Part shown: piece by piece, positions 9,026 to 18,565 of the stretch
Numbering within the stretch: position 1 is the first letter of the stretch
How the letters are laid out: the number at the start of each line of letters is the position of its first letter
NCBI GenBank assembly: GCA_937128795.1
Contig: CAKZMQ010000022.1
Span: 28,511-92,510 of the forward strand
Reading direction: 5' to 3'
Source of the DNA: an uncultured Solirubrobacterales bacterium
Lineage (GTDB): Bacteria; Actinomycetota; Thermoleophilia; Solirubrobacterales; JACPNS01
DNA: 64,000 nt
Notes under the pieces: generated by a model
Databases searched by the model: none
What the model was told of the DNA's origin: nothing
The model's input: only the letters and a program-made list of their open reading frames with translations
Made by a program: the position numbers and the translations under genes

Positions 9026-11599
9026 TCAGCAGGCGCCGGAGAAGTCGTCCGGATCGTCGAGGTCTGGCGGCACTACCGGTCGAAACTCGATCGTCGCCGG
9101 ACCGATCGACTGCGACCGAGCGGTTTCACTCGAACCGGGCTTGACCGTCGGCTCTTCATCGACCTGCTCGGGCGTGACGAGCCGCAACTGCGGTTCGACT
9201 TGTTCCGCCGGTGGGCGCTGCTCGGCGACCGCGTCGTCGTCGTCGGTCGAGGCGTCGCGATCCGGCTCGGCGGCGGCTTCCGGAAGCTCGCCGCGGCGCA
9301 GGAACTGCTCGCTCCAAGCCAGTTGCGCTGCCTCTTCGGCGCTGTTGCTCTCCGAAAGCGCGTCGTATTCGATCGTCGCCTGCGGGTCGACGGGGGCGGA
9401 CGGATTGGAACCGAAAATTTCCGGGTGAACGATGCGCGGCTGCGACGGCGTCGGGGCGGCGTTTTCGATCGATTTCAGGTGGGCGCGCTCGTTGCGAGCG
9501 AACGGCGTTGACGCGTTTTCGTCAACCGGAGGAGCTGGCGGAGTGAAGTTCTCATCCATGATCTCGCGAAAACTCTCGCGCTGAGACGGACCGCCGACGG
9601 AACGGTCGGTGTGCTCGGCCGCGGGACCGAGGCCAACGGGTAGGCCGAACTCGGGGATCGGGAAGGCCTGAACACCGTCTGCATTTTCGCCGATGGGCTC
9701 GACGCTCCTCGGCTGGACGCTCCGATCACTCGACCGCTCCGTCCGACCGGTCGATGGCTCTGGCCCAGACGTCATCGGGCCGTCTGGGACGTCGATCTTC
9801 TTGAAGTCGAAAGTGAACCCGGTACCCACCTCGGCGCCGATCGGGGCGTGCAGATCCCCACGCGGCGCCGGCGGACGAGCCGCAACCGGGCGACGTTCCG
9901 GACTCGCGTCCCAGGCTGGAACATCTGCCGCGAGCTGCGAAGCGCTCGGCTCGTCGGAGTCGGCGACGGCATCTGAGTCAGCGTTTGCGCTGGCGTCCGG
10001 CAACTGGTCGTCGAGCGTCGCGTCAAACGCTTCGCCGAACCGGTTGACGACCTCTTCGGCCCGCTCGCGCATCTCCTCGTCCGGTTCGACCGCTGCCGGA
10101 CGAAGCATCCAGACGTTGTCGTCCGCGTTGACGACGTCGGGCGCTCGCGACTCTTCCGACTCTTCGTCGCGCGTGTCGACCGCTGTTATCTCGGCAGTGT
10201 CGTCGAAGACCGACTCGAACTCAACGGTTGCGGTCGGATCGGGCGCCGGGGGTTCTCCCGGTGCCGGAACGGGTTCGAGATAGACGGGTTCGGGGACGAG
10301 GTCTTCGTCGCCGACGGGCTCCCCGTCTGCCGTGAGGATCTCGTCGGCAAGCGCCTTCAGGTCGGTCGAGAGATAGCCACAAACCAAGTCGTGAAGCAGT
10401 GCGCGCAGGTGGCGTTCGGTCTCGGCGATCACCTCGAGCGGTGGGCGCTTGGCGAGACGCTTGCGGTCTGCCCTGCCGACAGCTCCGTCAACCGCCAACC
10501 GCTCCAACGCGAAGGCAGCCTCGACCGAGGCGCGAACCGAGCGTCGCTCGTCTTCGCGCGCGCAGAGCGCAGAGACGCGCGCCGGCATTGCAGCCTTGCC
10601 CGTCTCGTCGCGAACCTCGAGCAAGGCACCGAGCGCGATCAGAAAATCGGTCAGTCCTTCGGCCGGGACGCCGCGCTCGAGGCCCATTTCGAATCGCTTC
10701 AATGCCCACGCCACGCGAGTTCGTTTTTCGGTGCGGCGAACGGCGCTGAGAAACTGCCGCAACTCCTCGTCCTCGCCCCGCAGCAGGTGCCAGGCATCGT
10801 GACGCGCGCGTCCACTGAACGGCAGTGACACTTGATGCCACGCGCCGCCTGTGTCGGCCTGGGCGGTCATCGCCATCGCAACTGAGCCGGGCTTGAACAG
10901 GCGTAGTGCCGTCAGCACCGAGCGCGCAAGCACTCGCACTTCTGCCATCGGCGTCGGAGCATCGCTGGGCGCGTCGACCGAAATCGAGCAAAAACTGTCG
11001 GCACCGGCCGCGGAATCGCTGAAGCGTTCCGCGCATTCGGGATCGATTTCCTCGGGTGCCATCAATTCGACCCCGGCACCGAGGTTGACGTTCTCGCCGT
11101 CGACGACAATCCCGTGAACGGGGATGAATACGGTGGTTACCAGGCGCTCGGCCAGCGCGACTGACTCGAGCTCGGAATAGGCGCGCTCGAATCGATCCTG
11201 CCAGTCGGCGAAGTGTTCGGCGTCGTTCCAGACAGCAGCAAGGAACGCGAGCGCACCGAGGCGGGCGTGCGTCAATTCGCCCACGTCGAGCACGGGCTCG
11301 TCGCGAACGCGCAGGTAGGCGATCATCCCACGCGTACGGGCGAGGTTTTGCGCGGCGCTCTCGAAGGTCGGCAACGTGCGAAGTTGGTCCGCGTGCGAAG
11401 CGACGAACTCGGCGGTCAAGGGGCGATAGGCAAACATCGTCGCGCCCCCACGGTCGCGTGGGTCCTGCTCGGCGGGTCGTACACCGGCATCACCCACCTC
11501 GAAGGGGATTTCCTCCCCGGTCGATAGTTGGTGTTCGAGAAGTTGCGCCGCGTCGTCGGTCAACGCGCGCAGGGAGTCGTGAAGCATTCGATCGCGCAT
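9026..11599 (-). CDS. hypothetical protein: ~480-aa globular N-terminal part plus ~380-aa acidic, Pro-rich, low-complexity C-terminal part
   Basis: Long ORF with no recognisable motifs. The start is placed at the ATG at 11599 (MRDRMLHDSL) because the ORF extension to 11779 would overlap the hxlR-like gene. Confidence 0.55.
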   Translation of the reverse strand: MRDRMLHDSLRALTDDAAQLLEHQLSTGEEIPFEVGDAGVRPAEQDPRDRGGATMFAYRPLTAEFVASHADQLRTLPTFESAAQNLARTRGMIAYLRVRDEPVLDVGELTHARLGALAFLAAVWNDAEHFADWQDRFERAYSELESVALAERLVTTVFIPVHGIVVDGENVNLGAGVELMAPEEIDPECAERFSDSAAGADSFCSISVDAPSDAPTPMAEVRVLARSVLTALRLFKPGSVAMAMTAQADTGGAWHQVSLPFSGRARHDAWHLLRGEDEELRQFLSAVRRTEKRTRVAWALKRFEMGLERGVPAEGLTDFLIALGALLEVRDETGKAAMPARVSALCAREDERRSVRASVEAAFALERLAVDGAVGRADRKRLAKRPPLEVIAETERHLRALLHDLVCGYLSTDLKALADEILTADGEPVGDEDLVPEPVYLEPVPAPGEPPAPDPTATVEFESVFDDTAEITAVDTRDEESEESRAPDVVNADDNVWMLRPAAVEPDEEMRERAEEVVNRFGEAFDATLDDQLPDASANADSDAVADSDEPSASQLAADVPAWDASPERRPVAARPPAPRGDLHAPIGAEVGTGFTFDFKKIDVPDGPMTSGPEPSTGRTERSSDRSVQPRSVEPIGENADGVQAFPIPEFGLPVGLGPAAEHTDRSVGGPSQRESFREIMDENFTPPAPPVDENASTPFARNERAHLKSIENAAPTPSQPRIVHPEIFGSNPSAPVDPQATIEYDALSESNSAEEAAQLAWSEQFLRRGELPEAAAEPDRDASTDDDDAVAEQRPPAEQVEPQLRLVTPEQVDEEPTVKPGSSETARSQSIGPATIEFRPVVPPDLDDPDDFSGAC

Positions 11600-11702
11600 G
11601 AAGGACGAATTCTTCGTCGGCGAACGGCATCCTGCCGCCAGCGCGACCCGCGCCGAGGAAAGTTGGGTAACTATCGCCGAGACCGACGACAGGGAGAGTT
11701 GG

Positions 11703-12122
11703 TCAGGCCGCGGTCTTGACCTTTGCGCGGGCGGCGGCGCGGGCGGCTTCGCGACCCTCGCGACCGCAGAGCTCGCCAAGCCAGTTCTCGCCGTAGCTGC
11801 GCATCGCGGCCACGATCGGGATCAATGCCTCGCCCTTCTTCGTCAGCGCGTACTCAACCCTCGGAGGCACTTCGGCAAACGTCCGACGCTCGACGATGCC
11901 GTTCTCCTCAAGTTCACGTAGGCGGAGCGAAAGCGTTCGCGGGCTGATACCAGCGAGCGAGCGCTCGAGTTCACAAAACCGAGCGTTGTCCTCTGCAAGG
12001 TCACGAATGATGATCGCCGTCCACTTGCTACAGAGGATTTCGGCGGTTGCGCAGACTCCGCAATCGGCGTTGGACCGAACTGCCGCCTTGCTGCTTCGAA
12101 CTGAATCGCTCGACTTGGCCAT
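11703..12122 (-). CDS. HxlR-family transcriptional regulator
   Basis: ILCSKWTAIIIRDL...RFCELERSLAGISPRTLSLRLRELEENGIVERR...PPRVEYALTKKG is the winged-helix HxlR signature. Confidence 0.85.
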   Translation of the reverse strand: MAKSSDSVRSSKAAVRSNADCGVCATAEILCSKWTAIIIRDLAEDNARFCELERSLAGISPRTLSLRLRELEENGIVERRTFAEVPPRVEYALTKKGEALIPIVAAMRSYGENWLGELCGREGREAARAAARAKVKTAA

Positions 12123-12199
12123 ACAGAAAGAATAGCGGTGTTACTTCAAAAAGTGAAGCGACATGAAGAGTCGCCGTCTCGACGCCGCGCGTGCGAGAT

Positions 12200-13540
12200 C
12201 TACTGCGACGGGCCGCCCGGTGCCACCGGCTGCTCGCTGGCCTGCTGCTCCATGCGCCGCGCAAGATCCTCGGGGTCGAACGCCGGCACGGCATCACCTT
12301 CGCCCTGCCCGTTCGTCTGCGGTGACGGTGCGGGCGTGCCTGACGCGCCCGTCTGCAGCGCGGCAGCCTTCTGCGCCGCTGCCTCCTTGGCGGCCTCTTC
12401 GGCCTCCTTGGTGGCCGCGAAATCCGCCTGCGCGGCCTCCATCACCTTGTCCATCGAGCCGTCTGAGCCGCCGGCGGCGACCATCAACTTGAAGTCGTTC
12501 GGCGAGGTCGCGGCCTTCATCGCCTCTTCCATCGAGATGTTTCCGGCCTTCAGGTGGGTGAGCAGGGCTTGGTCGAAAGTCTGCATGCCGTAGTACGCGC
12601 CCTCGCCAATCGCTTCCTCGATCTTCGAGGTTTGATCCGGGTCGACGATCATGTCTTTGATTCGGCTGGTCGCGACCATCACTTCGACGATCGGTACGCG
12701 GCCTTTGCCGTCGACCGTCCGAACGAGCCGCTGCGAGATGATGCCCTTCAGCGTTCCGGCAAGCATCGCACGCACCTGCGGGTTCTGGTGCAAGGGGAAA
12801 AAGTCGATGATTCGGTTGATCGTCTCCGTCGCGTTCAGGGTGTGAAGCGTCGAGAAAACCAGGTGGCCGGTTTCTGCTGCGGACAATCCGGTTTCGACCG
12901 TCTCTTCGTCACGCATTTCTCCGATCAGGATGACGTCCGGGTCCTGGCGCAGGATCCGGCGCAGCGCGCGGACGAAAGACTCCGTGTCGGCGCCGACTTC
13001 ACGCTGCTGGATGATCGCCTTACTGTCGCGGTGGAGAAATTCGATCGGGTCTTCAAGCGTGATCACGTGCTTGGGCATCGTGTCGTTGATGTGCTTGATC
13101 ATCGCCGCGAGCGTCGTCGACTTACCCGAACCAGTCGTACCGGTGACGAGCACGATTCCGCGCTCTTCCTCAGACAGTTTCTTGATCGCCGGCGGAAGCA
13201 TTAGTTCGTCGATCGACTTGATGTCCATGCCGATTGCGCGCATCACGATCGAGCACGAACCACGCTGGCGGAAAGCATTCACACGAAAGCGCGCAACCCC
13301 GGGCAGCGGGTAGGCGAAGTCGACTTCACCGACGTCCATGAACTCGTCGTACTTCTCCGGCTTTTCGCGGGTGATGTGCTTGAGCACACCGAGCGCATCG
13401 TCCGGCATCACCTTGTCGGTATTCGGGATCGGCTGTAGAACGCCGTTGAGGCGTTGCATCGGCTGAGCGGGGACCTTTATGTGAAGGTCCGATCCACCCG
13501 ACTCGAACAGGTACTTCAGAGCTGCGTCGACGTCAACCAT
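12200..13540 (-). CDS. pilT: PilT-family type IV pilus retraction ATPase with ~95-aa Ala/Glu-rich C-terminal extension
   Basis: Walker A GTTGSGKSTT, Asp box, GHLVFSTLHTLNA and GTLKGIISQRL. The C-terminal ~95 aa are low complexity. Confidence 0.8.
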   Translation of the reverse strand: MVDVDAALKYLFESGGSDLHIKVPAQPMQRLNGVLQPIPNTDKVMPDDALGVLKHITREKPEKYDEFMDVGEVDFAYPLPGVARFRVNAFRQRGSCSIVMRAIGMDIKSIDELMLPPAIKKLSEEERGIVLVTGTTGSGKSTTLAAMIKHINDTMPKHVITLEDPIEFLHRDSKAIIQQREVGADTESFVRALRRILRQDPDVILIGEMRDEETVETGLSAAETGHLVFSTLHTLNATETINRIIDFFPLHQNPQVRAMLAGTLKGIISQRLVRTVDGKGRVPIVEVMVATSRIKDMIVDPDQTSKIEEAIGEGAYYGMQTFDQALLTHLKAGNISMEEAMKAATSPNDFKLMVAAGGSDGSMDKVMEAAQADFAATKEAEEAAKEAAAQKAAALQTGASGTPAPSPQTNGQGEGDAVPAFDPEDLARRMEQQASEQPVAPGGPSQ

Positions 13541-13598
13541 CTATTGGCCTATCGGCAGTGCCGAAAAGCCCTTTAGCCGATGAATTCGCGAAAACTGA

Positions 13599-14753
13599 CT
13601 ACGCGACTTCGCGCAATCCTTGGGACCAGCTCAGTTTGCGGAGTTTGCGTAGCGAATGCGTCTCGATGTGGCGTACTCGTTCACGCGTGATGTTGAATAC
13701 TTTGCCGACCTCGTCGAGCGTCTTGGGTTGCTCGCCGCCGATTCCGAAGCGAAGTTCGAGCACACGGCGTTCGCGGTATGAAAGGTTGGCCAATGCGCTG
13801 TGCAGATTCTGCGATCGCAGCGAATCTGCGGCGGCGTCGAACGGGTCGGGGGCGTTCTCGTCGGCCACGAACTGGCCGAACTCGCTCTCCTCTTCGTCGC
13901 CGACAGGCTTTTCCAGCGAAATCGGCGTCTGCGCAAGCCGGCGTATTTGCTCCACCTCGTCCTTGCTGATTTCGGTGATCGCGGCGATCTCGTCGACCGT
14001 CGGCTCTCGACCCAGTTCGCCGAGCAGCTGGCGCTCTGCGCGCGTGATCTTGTTCAGCCGCTCGACGACATGGACCGGGATGCGCACAGTGCGGCCCTTG
14101 TCGGCCAGTGCGCGCGCGATTGCTTGGCGGATCCACCAGGTTGCGTAGGTGGAAAACTTGAAGCCCTTGCGATAGTCGAACTTTTCAGCCGCGCGGACAA
14201 GGCCGAGCGTTCCCTCTTGGATCAGGTCGAGGAACGAAAGACCTTGGTTGCGGTAATTCTTGGCGATTGAGACGACGAGGCGCAGGTTGGCCTCGACCAT
14301 CTTGTCCTTGGCGTCCATGTCGCCGCGCTCGATGCGTCGGGCGAGTTGGACCTCTTCGGCGGCGGTCAGCAGGTTCACGCGGCCGATTTCTTTTAGGAAC
14401 AGCTGGAGTGAGTCGGTCGTGCTCTCGAGCGCGGGGCTTTCGGCGAGCTTTGAGGTCTTCGTCTTCTTGGCGATTGCGGCGGTCCAGGACGCCTCGCCCG
14501 AGTGGTCCTCGTCCATCTCGTCGAGCACGTCGATATCGGCCTGCTCGAGCCAGCCGCGGAGAGTTTCCGGTTCGACTCCCTCGATCCCGGAGTCGTTGGC
14601 CAGAGCCATCGCTTCGCCGAGCGTCGCGATGTTCGCCTGTCGACAACGCTCGACCAAGAGCCGCAACTCATCGGACGATTCGAGCAGTGCGAGGTCGGGA
14701 ATGACTACGTCAGCGGCGACGCCTGCCTGTGTCTGGAGATCTCCTGCTGACAT
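13599..14753 (-). CDS. sigA: primary-like RNA polymerase sigma factor (SigA/RpoD group)
   Basis: Region 2 LIQEGTLGLVRAAEKFDYRKGFKFSTYATWWIRQAI; region 4.2 TLDEVGKVFNITRERVRHIETHSLRKLR. The start is uncertain (ATGs at 14768, 14759, 14753). 14753 has GAGGAG 7 nt upstream. Confidence 0.9.
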   Translation of the reverse strand: MSAGDLQTQAGVAADVVIPDLALLESSDELRLLVERCRQANIATLGEAMALANDSGIEGVEPETLRGWLEQADIDVLDEMDEDHSGEASWTAAIAKKTKTSKLAESPALESTTDSLQLFLKEIGRVNLLTAAEEVQLARRIERGDMDAKDKMVEANLRLVVSIAKNYRNQGLSFLDLIQEGTLGLVRAAEKFDYRKGFKFSTYATWWIRQAIARALADKGRTVRIPVHVVERLNKITRAERQLLGELGREPTVDEIAAITEISKDEVEQIRRLAQTPISLEKPVGDEEESEFGQFVADENAPDPFDAAADSLRSQNLHSALANLSYRERRVLELRFGIGGEQPKTLDEVGKVFNITRERVRHIETHSLRKLRKLSWSQGLREVA

Positions 14754-15236
14754 TCCCATTCTCCTCATTAACCGCGATTATTGGCAACCAAACAACCGGT
14801 ACCCGATCCTGCACCGTGGCAATCGATCTCGACAGAAAGTGGACGGTGAGTCGCGTTTTCTCTCGCGGCCCTCGGTCCTGCGTCGCGAATACCGATAATG
14901 CGGGACGAGCTGGCTGGCTGGCCGACCCAAGTTTTCGCCGCGAATGTCCGTGATTTCGCCCCGTAAACCGCTTGTTAATGCGATTCAGGTGCTTGCAAGT
15001 AATTACGGACAATCTGCGAAGGCTTGAAATTCGACCTGCACCCCCATTCTAAGCGTTTCCCGACTATCCGTGGGGTGAATTATGAAAATTTGGACGTGCG
15101 TACAGGGGGCGATGGACCCAGGTCCAATGGACGGTGTCCACCCACGCACGGCCGCCGTCCATATCTCCGATTGCGGCGGCGGCGGAATCCGAGTAGTCTC
15201 GGCGCGACCAAGACGGCTACTTCAGGAGTTGAATCG

Positions 15237-16901
15237 ATGACCGGTGCGGCCACAGAGACCGACGCGCATGCAACCAAGGATCACGGCGGCAAGCTCGTCG
15301 CACACAGACTGAAGGCGGCTGGCGTGCGCAAGCTCTTCACGCTGTCTGGCGGGCACATATTTTCGGTGTACGACGGTTGCCGCGATCTTGGGATCGACAT
15401 CGTCGACGTCCGCCACGAACAGACCGCAGCGTTTGCAGCTGAGGGTTGGGCGAAAGTCACGCGTGAGGTCGGCGTCTGTGCGTTGACTGCCGGACCCGGT
15501 GTGACGAACGGAATGAGTGCGATCACCGGTGCCTACGAAAATGAATCGCCGATGCTGGTGCTCGGCGGCCGGGCGCCGACTTTTCGTTGGGGCCAGGGAT
15601 CGCTGCAGGAGATCGACCACGTGCCGTTCATGTCACCGGTCACGCGATTGGCGGAGACCGCGCAGTCAACCGCCGGCATCCCCGAAACGATCGATCGCGC
15701 GTTCGCGGCAGCCGCGGGCCCGCCCGGTGGGCCGACCTTCGTAGACCTGCCGATGGACGTTGTCTTCATGGAAGCAGAAGGCGGCGACGCGCCATTCGCG
15801 ATCTCCGACCCGGTGGTTGCCGACGCCGCCGACGGCAACTTGGTCGACCAAGCCGCAGCTCTGCTGGCCGGAGCCGAGCGCCCCGTGATCATGGCCGGAA
15901 CCGGTCTTTACTGGGGTCACGGCGAGGACGAACTCCGCGCGATCAGTGAGGAGCTGGCAATACCGGTGTTCCTCAACGGTCTAGGTCGTGGGTGCCTGCC
16001 GGCCGATCATCCGAATTTCTTTGCCCGCGCGCGAAGCGCGGCGCTGAAGGGTGCCGATGTCGCCCTTGTGATTGGCGCGCAGCTCGACTTCCGTCTCGGC
16101 TTCGGGGGTTCATTCGGTGAGCAGACTGAGTTGATCCTGCTCAACTCGTCGCCGCCGAGCAAGCGGACGGAGCGTTCAATTGCCGTTGAGTTGATTGGCG
16201 GGATCGCCAGGTCATTGGCCGGGCTGCGATCCGCTGGTGCGAACCAGGCTGACGCAAGGGCCAAGTGGATCGCCGAATTGCGCGCGGTCGAATCAGAGAA
16301 GCGCGCTGGCGAGGCGGCGGAGTTGTCCGATTCGCGTGCGCCGCTACACCCCGTTCGCGTCTACGGCGAGTTGGCACCGATGCTCGATCGCGACGCCACG
16401 ATCGTCTGCGACGGCGGCGATTTCGTCAGTTACGCGGGCAAGTACATCGACACCTACGAGCCGGGTTGCTGGATGGACCCGGGTCCGTATGGCTGCCTCG
16501 GTACCGGCCCCGGATACGCGCTCGCCGCGAAACTGGCCAAACCGGACAAACAGGTCGTGATGATGATGGGAGACGGCGCGTTCGGCTTCGCGGGAATGGA
16601 TTTTGACTCGCTCGTGAGACACAATGTGCCAGCCGTCGCCGTGATTGGGAACAACGGCATTTGGGCGCTTGAGAAGCACCCGATGGAGTTTCTCTACGGC
16701 TACTCCGTTGCCGCCGAGCTCACGCCCGGCATGCGATACGACCAAATCGCTGAGACGCTCGGCGGGCACGGCGAGTTCGTTCAGACGCCGGACGAGCTGC
16801 GACCGGCGCTGGAGCGCGCTTTCGAGAGCGGCAAGCCGGCGGTCGTGAACGTCTTGACTGACCCCGACGTCGTTTACCCCCGCAGCGCCAATCTGGCGTA
16901 A
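15237..16901 (+). CDS. thiamine-pyrophosphate-dependent enzyme (acetolactate synthase large subunit / oxalyl-CoA decarboxylase family)
   Basis: N-terminal TPP-pyrimidine domain (VRHEQTAAFAAEGWAK, LTAGPGVTNG). C-terminal TPP motif GDGAFGF...VIGNNG. The start is set at the ATG at 15237. Confidence 0.8.
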   Translation: MTGAATETDAHATKDHGGKLVAHRLKAAGVRKLFTLSGGHIFSVYDGCRDLGIDIVDVRHEQTAAFAAEGWAKVTREVGVCALTAGPGVTNGMSAITGAYENESPMLVLGGRAPTFRWGQGSLQEIDHVPFMSPVTRLAETAQSTAGIPETIDRAFAAAAGPPGGPTFVDLPMDVVFMEAEGGDAPFAISDPVVADAADGNLVDQAAALLAGAERPVIMAGTGLYWGHGEDELRAISEELAIPVFLNGLGRGCLPADHPNFFARARSAALKGADVALVIGAQLDFRLGFGGSFGEQTELILLNSSPPSKRTERSIAVELIGGIARSLAGLRSAGANQADARAKWIAELRAVESEKRAGEAAELSDSRAPLHPVRVYGELAPMLDRDATIVCDGGDFVSYAGKYIDTYEPGCWMDPGPYGCLGTGPGYALAAKLAKPDKQVVMMMGDGAFGFAGMDFDSLVRHNVPAVAVIGNNGIWALEKHPMEFLYGYSVAAELTPGMRYDQIAETLGGHGEFVQTPDELRPALERAFESGKPAVVNVLTDPDVVYPRSANLA

Positions 16902-16930
16902 TCAGCGGTCGTCCAGGGGTATCGCTGAGT

Positions 16931-18565
16931 ATGGGCCGCTGGAAAGTCATCGCGATCCTGGGTGCCGCCCAGTTCATCATGGTGCTCGACACGACGGTGA
17001 TGAACGTTTCCGTTTCGAGCGTCGTCGAAGACCTCGACACCTCGATCACTCAGGTGCAGTTGGCGATCACCCTGTACACGTTGGTGATGGGATCGCTGAT
17101 GCTGCTCGGTGGCAAGTTCGGCGACATTTTCGGACGCAAAAAGGTCTTCGGAATCGGCCTCGTGATTTACGGAACCGGCTCGATGATCACGGCGATCAGC
17201 CCGAACATCAACGTGCTCCTGTTCGGCTGGTCGTTCGTCGAGGGCTTTGGCGCGGTGCTGGTGATTCCGGCCATCGTGGCGCTGGCGGCGGCCAACTACG
17301 AGGGCCGAGACCGTGCGACCGCGTACGGAGTTCTCGGCGGGGTGACTGCCGCCGGCGCGGCAGCTGGACCACTGATCGGCGGTTGGGTGACCGAGGCCTG
17401 GACCTGGCGCGTCGTATTCGCCTCCGAGACCTTCGTCTGCCTCGGGATCATGTTGACGATGCGGACGATCGCCGACTCTGCTCGCGCCGAAATTGATCGA
17501 CGAATCGACTGGCTCGGTGCGTTCTTGTCGGCCCTCGGTCTCGCGCTGATCGTGCTCGCAATTCTGAAGGCGAGCGAGTGGGGCTTCCTGCTGCCCAAGG
17601 AAGCTCTGACCATCGGGGGCACCGAGATCACGCCATTCGGGCTTTCCGCGGTCCCGTTCATGATCGGCGCAGGAGTCGCGGTGATGTTCGGGTTCGCTGC
17701 TTGGGAACGGCGACTCGGGGCGCGCGGAGGCGCTCCGCTGATGCACCCGGAGATTCTGCGCAACGTCCACCTGCGGGCCGGTCTGGCGATGCTCGGTGCG
17801 CAGCAGGTAGTGATCGCCGGTGTGTTCTTCGTGCTGCCGATCTACCTGCAGTACGTACTGCTGCAAAGCGCGTTCGAGACCGGCGTGAAGATCATGCCGA
17901 TGTCGATCGCGATGCTGATCGGCGCGGGGATGGGACCACGACTGGCCGTCACAAAATCGCCGAAGTGGATCGTCTCAATTGGCCTGTATCTGGTTGCCGC
18001 AGGCGCGGCGGTGTTGATGGCATCGATTTCGCCGGAGCTCAATTCGCCGGTGTTCGCCGGCGGACTGGCATTGTTCGGTGCGGGTGCCGGCTTGATCGCG
18101 TCGCAGCTCGGCAACGTGATCATGTCGTCTGTCTCGGATTCCGAGCGTGGAGAGGCCGGAGGCCTTCAGGGCACCTCGCAGAACCTCGGATCGTCGCTCG
18201 GTGTTGCGCTGATCGGAGCAATACTGCTGTCGAGTCTCGGCTCTGGACTGAACACGCGCGTTGCCGAAGACCCGGCGATCAGCGTGGAGACGAAGCAGCT
18301 GGTGAGCCAAGGCACCGAGGGTGGCGTCGACATCTACACGCGGGCACAGGTCGAAGAGATCGCCGACGCGGCGCCGGTCAGTGATGCCGACGCCGAAAAG
18401 GTCGTCGACTACTACGTCGAAGCCCAGCTTGACTCGCTGAAAATCGCGCTTCTGTTCGCTGGATTCCTGGCGCTGCTGGGGCTGGCCGCGACGCGCAATC
18501 TGCCGACAGTGCCAGGCGTGGAGCTTGGCGCGGACGCGGACGATTCCGCACCGACGAGTGGCTGA
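16931..18565 (+). CDS. MFS transporter, DHA2 (14-TMS, EmrB/QacA-like) family
   Basis: 544 aa with about 14 hydrophobic segments, an N-terminal LDTTVMNV motif and GGKFGDIFGRKK (the MFS motif A region). Confidence 0.85.
   Translation: MGRWKVIAILGAAQFIMVLDTTVMNVSVSSVVEDLDTSITQVQLAITLYTLVMGSLMLLGGKFGDIFGRKKVFGIGLVIYGTGSMITAISPNINVLLFGWSFVEGFGAVLVIPAIVALAAANYEGRDRATAYGVLGGVTAAGAAAGPLIGGWVTEAWTWRVVFASETFVCLGIMLTMRTIADSARAEIDRRIDWLGAFLSALGLALIVLAILKASEWGFLLPKEALTIGGTEITPFGLSAVPFMIGAGVAVMFGFAAWERRLGARGGAPLMHPEILRNVHLRAGLAMLGAQQVVIAGVFFVLPIYLQYVLLQSAFETGVKIMPMSIAMLIGAGMGPRLAVTKSPKWIVSIGLYLVAAGAAVLMASISPELNSPVFAGGLALFGAGAGLIASQLGNVIMSSVSDSERGEAGGLQGTSQNLGSSLGVALIGAILLSSLGSGLNTRVAEDPAISVETKQLVSQGTEGGVDIYTRAQVEEIADAAPVSDADAEKVVDYYVEAQLDSLKIALLFAGFLALLGLAATRNLPTVPGVELGADADDSAPTSG

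Noticed and set aside
11600-11779. Upstream extension of the 917-aa ORF
   Set aside because: It would overlap the 3' end of the HxlR gene by 77 nt, and the sequence is Pro/Ala/Ser filler. The internal ATG at 11599 was preferred.
14769-15236. 468-bp sigA/TPP-enzyme intergenic region as a possible riboswitch or ncRNA, including the ORF extension 15024-15236
   Set aside because: Only short, generic hairpins are present (for example atggacgg...ccgtccat), and I saw no recognisable riboswitch core such as the TPP motif. The ORF extension upstream of 15237 is Arg/Pro-rich and unsupported.
16874-17866. 330-aa - strand ORF opposite the MFS transporter
   Set aside because: It is an antisense artefact. 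The MFS gene has 14 clear TM segments.
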